DNA from: Candidatus Tenderia electrophaga | GTDB lineage: Bacteria; Pseudomonadota; Gammaproteobacteria; Tenderiales; Tenderiaceae | DNA: 64,000 nucleotides | Direction of reading: 5' to 3' | Assembly: GCA_001447805.1 (NCBI GenBank) | Contig: CP013100.1 | Location: 42,767-106,766, forward strand | In this document: positions 59,379 through 64,000 of the stretch, piece after piece | Layout of the letters: every line of letters begins with the position of its first letter | Numbering within the stretch: the first letter of the stretch is position 1 | Position numbers and translations under genes: made by a program | Notes under the pieces: generated by a model | What the model saw: the letters and a program-made list of their open reading frames with translations, nothing else | Told to the model about the DNA's origin: nothing | The model's database searches: none

Positions 59379-60070
59379 ATATCCCGTTCACAGAGGACAG
59401 CTGGCCGCGGGCCTACAGGATCATCAGCAGCCGCTTCCCGCCCGTGGGCATATTCGACAGTGTGGCGGATCCCGCCGACCTGGAGGCAGTGTTTTACGTA
59501 GAAAACTTGACGAATCCACGCACCCGCGAAGAAATGGGGCAGATTGAGCTGGTCAAGCCCGAGGACCAGGTGGCGGGGCCGGGGACAACGCCCATCATGG
59601 CGGCATTTACCCATGTAAATCCGCCCGGCAGCCGTTTCAGCAACGGCGAGCATGGTGTCTATTACGCCGCCAAGTCCCAACACACCGCGATCGCGGAGAC
59701 GGTCTTTCACACCGAGCAATGGGCGCGCGAGGCGAATGACCCGCCCACCTCGTTTGTGATGAGGGTCTATATCGGCCGGCTGAATAAGCGCGCATATCAT
59801 GACTTACGGGGGCAACGGGATACGTTTCCTGATCTTTTCGACCCTGACCCCGCGCACTACGGTCCCACCCAGCGCCTGGGTGCCCAACTGCGCCAAGCCG
59901 ACAGCTGGGGCCTGCTCTACGACAGTGTCCGCGACCCGGACGGCCAATGCGTCGCCGCCTTCAGACCCCCAGCCTTGGGTGCCGTCCACCAGGCTGCCCA
60001 TCTGGCCTACGCCTGGGATGGTGAGAAGGTTATTGACGTTCTGGAGTTGCGCTCGCTGGGTTTGCCGTGA
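59375..60070 (+). CDS. RES-domain toxin (MbcT/ParT-like NAD-targeting)
   Basis: ...PGSRFSNGEHGVYYAAKSQHTAIAE... and ...GLLYDSVRDPDGQCVAAF give the R-E-S pattern. Confidence 0.8.
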   Translation: MNIPFTEDSWPRAYRIISSRFPPVGIFDSVADPADLEAVFYVENLTNPRTREEMGQIELVKPEDQVAGPGTTPIMAAFTHVNPPGSRFSNGEHGVYYAAKSQHTAIAETVFHTEQWAREANDPPTSFVMRVYIGRLNKRAYHDLRGQRDTFPDLFDPDPAHYGPTQRLGAQLRQADSWGLLYDSVRDPDGQCVAAFRPPALGAVHQAAHLAYAWDGEKVIDVLELRSLGLP

Positions 60071-60370
60071 TCTGGCTATCGAAAAGCCCGCATGTGACTG
60101 GGTTTGTAAAGACAAGCTGTCTGTGCGTATTGTGGCCATGCTGGCGTTGTCCAGGCAGGCCCCCCTTCATTTCAATGTCTTCGTGATACCCGGTCTGTGA
60201 TTCTATCGACTCGACCGGGTCCCTTTACAGCTGGGGAATTGCGATCGGTCTCAGAGCTCCTCTACTGCAGCCTTGCGCGCTTGGCCTTCTAACCAGGATG
60301 AAAGGCTTTTCTTTGGCGAAGGCCTAAGCGTCGGTGGAGCACCCACCGGAATAGGCTATGATAGCGAAGG

Positions 60371-61633
60371 CTATTGAATGGCAAAGTCCTTATGCAGCCT
60401 TTGCCAATGCGCTCGCAAGGCTGTTTTGTGCGCGTCCATCATCGGCGCACCCTCAAGATTTTCAGGCCACGCACCGCGCGCCGCCTCCATAACATCGTCC
60501 AGATGGGGCTTGATCGCCCGCCAAGGCACACCCACAGAATTTGCCCATGTTTCAAAGTGCTCCATGGTCATGGCGTACCACTCCTTGTTGCCGGCCAGGT
60601 TGAGGGATATTTGGGACTCGCCCGGAATGTAGGCCTGGGTATAGACGATGTCATAGGCCGGCGCCAGTTCCGCGGTAATTCGATTTGGGTAGATTAGGCT
60701 CCAGTTTTTCAAGTGCGCATCACCGTTGCCCAGCAGGATATTCACGAGCAAGCGCCTTGCCATCTGCTGAACATTGGCCAGGCCAAGACCCGTGAATTGG
60801 TAGAGTACCTTGCCAAGCTGCTCGAAGCTGGCGGTGCTGTACTTCTCGTGAGCATACTTGAACAGCACTTGCGCAAAATCCTCGGCGTGGACTCGGCCAC
60901 GCTGCGCATGGCGGTCATACCGGCGAATGGCATAGGCGTATGGTTCGCTCGGAAGGTTGAGCGGCGGCAGGTCCTGTAATCGGTCCAGCTGCACCAGCCT
61001 GATTTCGGGTATCTCGACACCTGCCAATGCGGCCAGCGTCATGGCCGTGTATTCGTTCACCGGCACACCCTGATGACGGGTGGAGGGAGTCTTGACAATC
61101 CACTCCCCCAGGGAGTCTGGCTGCGAGATATTGAAGCGGCCATCGGTTTCATGCATGGAGAATTTCATCTGCACACCGGCCAGCGAGAAGTGTGGCTGTC
61201 CATGCGACACCCTTTTCGGCACCGCCTCCACTCGGGTCCGGTGATCCAGCACGCCCTCGGGGATCTGCTCAGGCGCCACCGGCTCAGCCACCAGGGCGCC
61301 GGGCAGGTCGGTCCCGACTTGGGCAAAGAGGGGGAATTCATTGTCGGGATGCACTTTGAGCGTTTGGGCAAACCAATTCCGCAATGCACCTTCCGGCAAC
61401 AAATTGGAGAGTACCGGGTGCAGACGCTGTTGGCGCACCCAGGGGGATGCGTAAATCTTGCCGCTGGCTGGATGATCGGTAATCCCGGAAAGAGTGAAGG
61501 TTGGGCGGTCCGGATCGGCCACATAGGCGGGATCAAAGACCACTATATTGCGGCCGGCTTGGTAACCTGCCAAGTAACCCACCGTTATCCCATGTAGACT
61601 GAGCTTGAGGACCTCGACCGTCTCCGTCGCCAT
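60371..61633 (-). CDS. hipA: HipA-family kinase toxin (second, divergent copy)
   Basis: SLAGVQMKFSM and LLGNGDAHLKNWSLIY motifs. Confidence 0.85.
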   Translation of the reverse strand: MATETVEVLKLSLHGITVGYLAGYQAGRNIVVFDPAYVADPDRPTFTLSGITDHPASGKIYASPWVRQQRLHPVLSNLLPEGALRNWFAQTLKVHPDNEFPLFAQVGTDLPGALVAEPVAPEQIPEGVLDHRTRVEAVPKRVSHGQPHFSLAGVQMKFSMHETDGRFNISQPDSLGEWIVKTPSTRHQGVPVNEYTAMTLAALAGVEIPEIRLVQLDRLQDLPPLNLPSEPYAYAIRRYDRHAQRGRVHAEDFAQVLFKYAHEKYSTASFEQLGKVLYQFTGLGLANVQQMARRLLVNILLGNGDAHLKNWSLIYPNRITAELAPAYDIVYTQAYIPGESQISLNLAGNKEWYAMTMEHFETWANSVGVPWRAIKPHLDDVMEAARGAWPENLEGAPMMDAHKTALRAHWQRLHKDFAIQ

Positions 61634-61636
61634 GGC

Positions 61637-61924
61637 TTACAGCACCTCCGACCACGGGTCTTCATGCGTCTCTGTGTCGGCGGACCTTGCCTCGTCGCCA
61701 CCGTCTCGCAGCAGCGCCTTCACCGCCAGCAACTTGTCCTTAGGCACCAGCACCAGCTCCGCCTCTAGCCCCTCGGCCACTAACTCCAGGGTCTTCAAAC
61801 GCGGATTGCCCCCCGCCTCAATGCGCTGGTATTGCTGTTGGTCCATACCGATGCGCAACTTCATATCCGTCTGTTGGAGGCCAAGCTGGAGACGGCGGGC
61901 TTTGATTTGGGGGGTCAGTTTCAT
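61637..61924 (-). CDS. hipB: XRE-family antitoxin (HipB-like)
   Basis: IKARRLQLGLQQTDMKLRIGMDQQQYQRIEAG. Immediately upstream of hipA. Confidence 0.75.
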   Translation of the reverse strand: MKLTPQIKARRLQLGLQQTDMKLRIGMDQQQYQRIEAGGNPRLKTLELVAEGLEAELVLVPKDKLLAVKALLRDGGDEARSADTETHEDPWSEVL

Positions 61925-62240
61925 GAGGGCGCCAATACAACGTAAATGTTGTATTTACTATAGAGACAATCTAAACGTTGTGCAATGCCGAATATACATC
62001 ATATATGATGTAATTGTGCGCATTCGAACCCGGCATAAGCCAAATTACAACTTATATGATGTATCTAGGACGCATTCAATCGAATACTCTGGCCGGCAAA
62101 CGCCGTCGGTGGGAAGGGGGTTGGATTCCCCGCTTGATGCCTCCGGGCCGCAGATTTCGGAGGTCATGGGCTCCCCCATTCTTAATTTAGAGCAGTTCCT
62201 CTAGTTTCCTATAGCGCCACGCCTGCTGCTTCGCTGACCT

Positions 62241-62500
62241 GGTGCCGACAGAAGCTGACGCTACTGTCGGCGGCTGTGTATTGGGCCTGGTCAACAGATG
62301 CTGCCGCAACTGCCGCCAAGGCGAGGAAGAGCCACTAGGGGCCTTGCCCCACGCGCCGGTCAAGGGGTATCCCCAGCCTTCCGCTCGCCTCCCTTCGGTC
62401 GTTGTTTGTGCAGGCCGGGTGATTCCCCTCCCCTTGCCCCTTGCTACCCCCACGCTTCGCCAGCGGTGCAGGAGCGCCGGCGCCGTGCGCTGTCGCTCAA
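62241..62500 (+). repeat. Conserved ~260-nt structured non-coding element, copy 2 (ends 30 nt before the klcA ATG)
   Basis: Same element as 57923-58181. Here it is out of frame with, and separated by a stop from, the downstream gene. Confidence 0.7.
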
Positions 62501-62529
62501 ACATTCAATCACGATAAGAGGTGAAGCTA

Positions 62530-62952
62530 ATGAACAATACTATGGACCTAGAAATGCCGGTGACCGCGACGCAGGTTCGGGATGCGGATCGAGTGAAGAT
62601 GCTGCCAAAATATTTTGGGCGGGATCTGATGCGGGTTGAATCGGCGATCTACGCTTTCATGGATCGGTTATGTGAGAACTACCAGGGTGGCTATTGGGAT
62701 TTCTATGAGCTGTCGAACGGTGGGTTCTATATGGCGCCGGCAACGGAGGAAATGCTGAACCTGAGTTGGGCGGAGAACTATTTTCAAGGGGAAATGAGCG
62801 CCGATGCTGCCGGGGTTGTGGCGTGCCTGTTTGCTTACAACCACCTGGCCTGGGAGACGCGCGATGAAAGCTTGATCCTGATGTATGAGTCTTTACGTGA
62901 ATATGTGGGCTTTCATACTGAAGCCAGTCTGATTTTTAGGGCGATTGATTAG
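62530..62952 (+). CDS. klcA: Antirestriction protein KlcA/ArdB family
   Basis: LPKYFGRDLMRVESAIYAFMDRLCENYQGGYWDFYELSNGGFYMAP...GEMSADAAGVVACLFAYNHL...IFRAID closely parallels RK2 KlcA as I recall it. Confidence 0.85.
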   Translation: MNNTMDLEMPVTATQVRDADRVKMLPKYFGRDLMRVESAIYAFMDRLCENYQGGYWDFYELSNGGFYMAPATEEMLNLSWAENYFQGEMSADAAGVVACLFAYNHLAWETRDESLILMYESLREYVGFHTEASLIFRAID

Positions 62953-63148
62953 ACCCGTGGGGCGGCTGTGGCCGCCCTCCTCCCTCTGGTCCTGCGGGAG
63001 CGGGATGTGATGAAAAATAGATTGGATCATCTTTGGCTGTGGGGGGAGAGTGCTCATTTGAACACGAATTCGGAGATGATAAACTAGATTTGAAGTGTTG
63101 CTTAACCTCATCATGACCCCCGTGAGCGTGGATATGGCACTTCTTTTC

Positions 63149-63180
63149 ACCCCGGCCATTGGCTGGGGTTTTTTATTTTT
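63149..63180 (+). terminator. Rho-independent terminator downstream of klcA
   Basis: ACCCCGGCCattGGCTGGGGT followed by TTTTTTATTTTT. Confidence 0.7.
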
Positions 63181-63351
63181 CTGCTAATTGAAAAGGGCAA
63201 ATGAGGCTTGGCATTGCCGTCGCGGCCAATAAGTGGTCCTCCTGAGACTGCCGACCAATATCAGGTTCTCATTGGAATTGGCAAAAAGAAAAAGCCTGAG
63301 CTAACCCGGTTTTCTGCTTAACAGGAGAGACCAATGTCTCTGCGCCACAGG

Positions 63352-64000
63352 CTAGCGTTGCTCCGGAAATAGTCCTGGCATCCACCGTGATGCCAGCTTG
63401 GCCGGGAAGGCGAGGCGCAGCGGTGCGCGCGTGCTTTCCGAGACGAGAACACCGCGTTCGATTAGGGCGGCGACGACGCGGCGGGAGTGGCGGTCGCTCG
63501 CCCCAATCAGTTCCGGAACGTCCCCACGCCGTAGTTCTCCTCGGTAAAGAATTGCTTCCAGGATGCGCCCGGCCTTTTGCGGCAGCGCGTCGGCGCGGAT
63601 TTCTTCTTCGACCCAGAGCAGAATACGCCCCCTAAGCCGGTCGGGCTGGACTAACTCTTCCATAAACTTGACCTGGTCGAGGCAGATTTCAAGGAAGAAA
63701 TGCGTGAACGAGACCAAGCCTTGCTCGCTGAGATTGCCGCGACCATCGAGATCGTTGTGGCGCGGAAGATCACATTGGGCCAGATGGTTCTTGTATGACC
63801 GCACGTTCCTGGCAAGACCACGGGCAATAGACCAAATGCCGCCGGTATCCAGGGCGTCTAGAAGCATCGCATATGACATCAGTCTGGCTACGCGTCCATT
63901 GCCGTCCAGGAATGGGTGTATCCATAATAGCCGGTGGTGTGCTGCCGCAGCCGCTATAATCGTCTCCGCTTTTCCCAGGCCGCTGTAAGTCTGTTCAAAT
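63352..64000 (-). CDS. Fic/DOC-family protein (N-terminus beyond the right edge)
   Basis: Translating the minus strand at about 63880-63935 gives HHRLLWIHPFLDGNGRVARL, the Fic motif HxFxDGNGRxxR. The frame stays open to the window edge. C-terminal wHTH-like region. Confidence 0.85.
   Translation of the reverse strand, partial: FEQTYSGLGKAETIIAAAAAHHRLLWIHPFLDGNGRVARLMSYAMLLDALDTGGIWSIARGLARNVRSYKNHLAQCDLPRHNDLDGRGNLSEQGLVSFTHFFLEICLDQVKFMEELVQPDRLRGRILLWVEEEIRADALPQKAGRILEAILYRGELRRGDVPELIGASDRHSRRVVAALIERGVLVSESTRAPLRLAFPAKLASRWMPGLFPEQR

Noticed and set aside
58346-59800. Minus-strand ORFs of 257 aa (58346-59119) and 192 aa (59222-59800)
   Set aside because: They are antisense to the 199-aa gene, the Xre antitoxin and the RES toxin, which carry recognisable motifs and SD sequences. 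The translations do not look protein-like.

Overview
This window reads as a mosaic segment of a large conjugative plasmid or megaplasmid, probably proteobacterial. All calls come from reading the sequence and the ORF track by eye. No database search was run.

Contents from left to right:
1. 1-8401, minus strand: a lower-GC three-gene operon. It encodes a P-loop NTPase, an unknown 510-aa protein and a giant protein of more than 1670 aa with an FtsK/HerA motor that runs off the left edge. Size and order resemble the DptF-DptG-DptH (DndFGH) phosphorothioate-dependent restriction module.
2. 9.1-14.2 kb: the plasmid maintenance core. It holds a Spo0J-like ParB, a type Ia parAB pair, a 24-bp palindrome that may be parS, a TrfA-like initiator, and an iteron/DnaA-box/AT-rich oriV.
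3. 14.2-15.2 kb: a GC-rich stretch of about 1 kb with no credible ORF.
4. 15.3-20.3 kb: hipBA module 1 and four small cargo genes.
5. 20.6-32.7 kb: a co-directional transfer operon. It starts with two wHTH Replic_Relax-like proteins and a third ParB-like protein. A T4CP and VirB2/3/4/5/6/8/9/10-like genes follow. I see no VirB11 and no recognisable relaxase.
6. 32.7-36.2 kb: lower-GC cargo, a beta-barrel OMP and a 960-aa lipoprotein.
7. 36.5-44.8 kb: a complete integron. It has intI and at least 7 cassettes, most bounded by a nearly identical, unusually short attC. Two different IS3-family elements sit inside attC sites.
8. 45.1-48.2 kb: vapBC, an orphan FimT/GspH-like pseudopilin, a DUF1232 protein and an IS256-family element.
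9. 48.7-57.5 kb: a czcCBA heavy-metal RND efflux cluster with accessory genes, then an AAA ATPase.
10. 57.9-64.0 kb: an addiction and anti-restriction block. It holds an unknown gene, an Xre/RES pair, hipBA module 2, klcA/ardB and a partial Fic gene.

In that last block a conserved, apparently structured, non-coding element of about 260 nt occurs twice. Each copy ends about 30 nt upstream of a start codon. This is the feature I consider most worth following up.

Other candidates for follow-up are the DptFGH-like module, the relaxase-less and VirB11-less transfer region, and the uncharacterised integron cassettes, two of which are HEPN-like.
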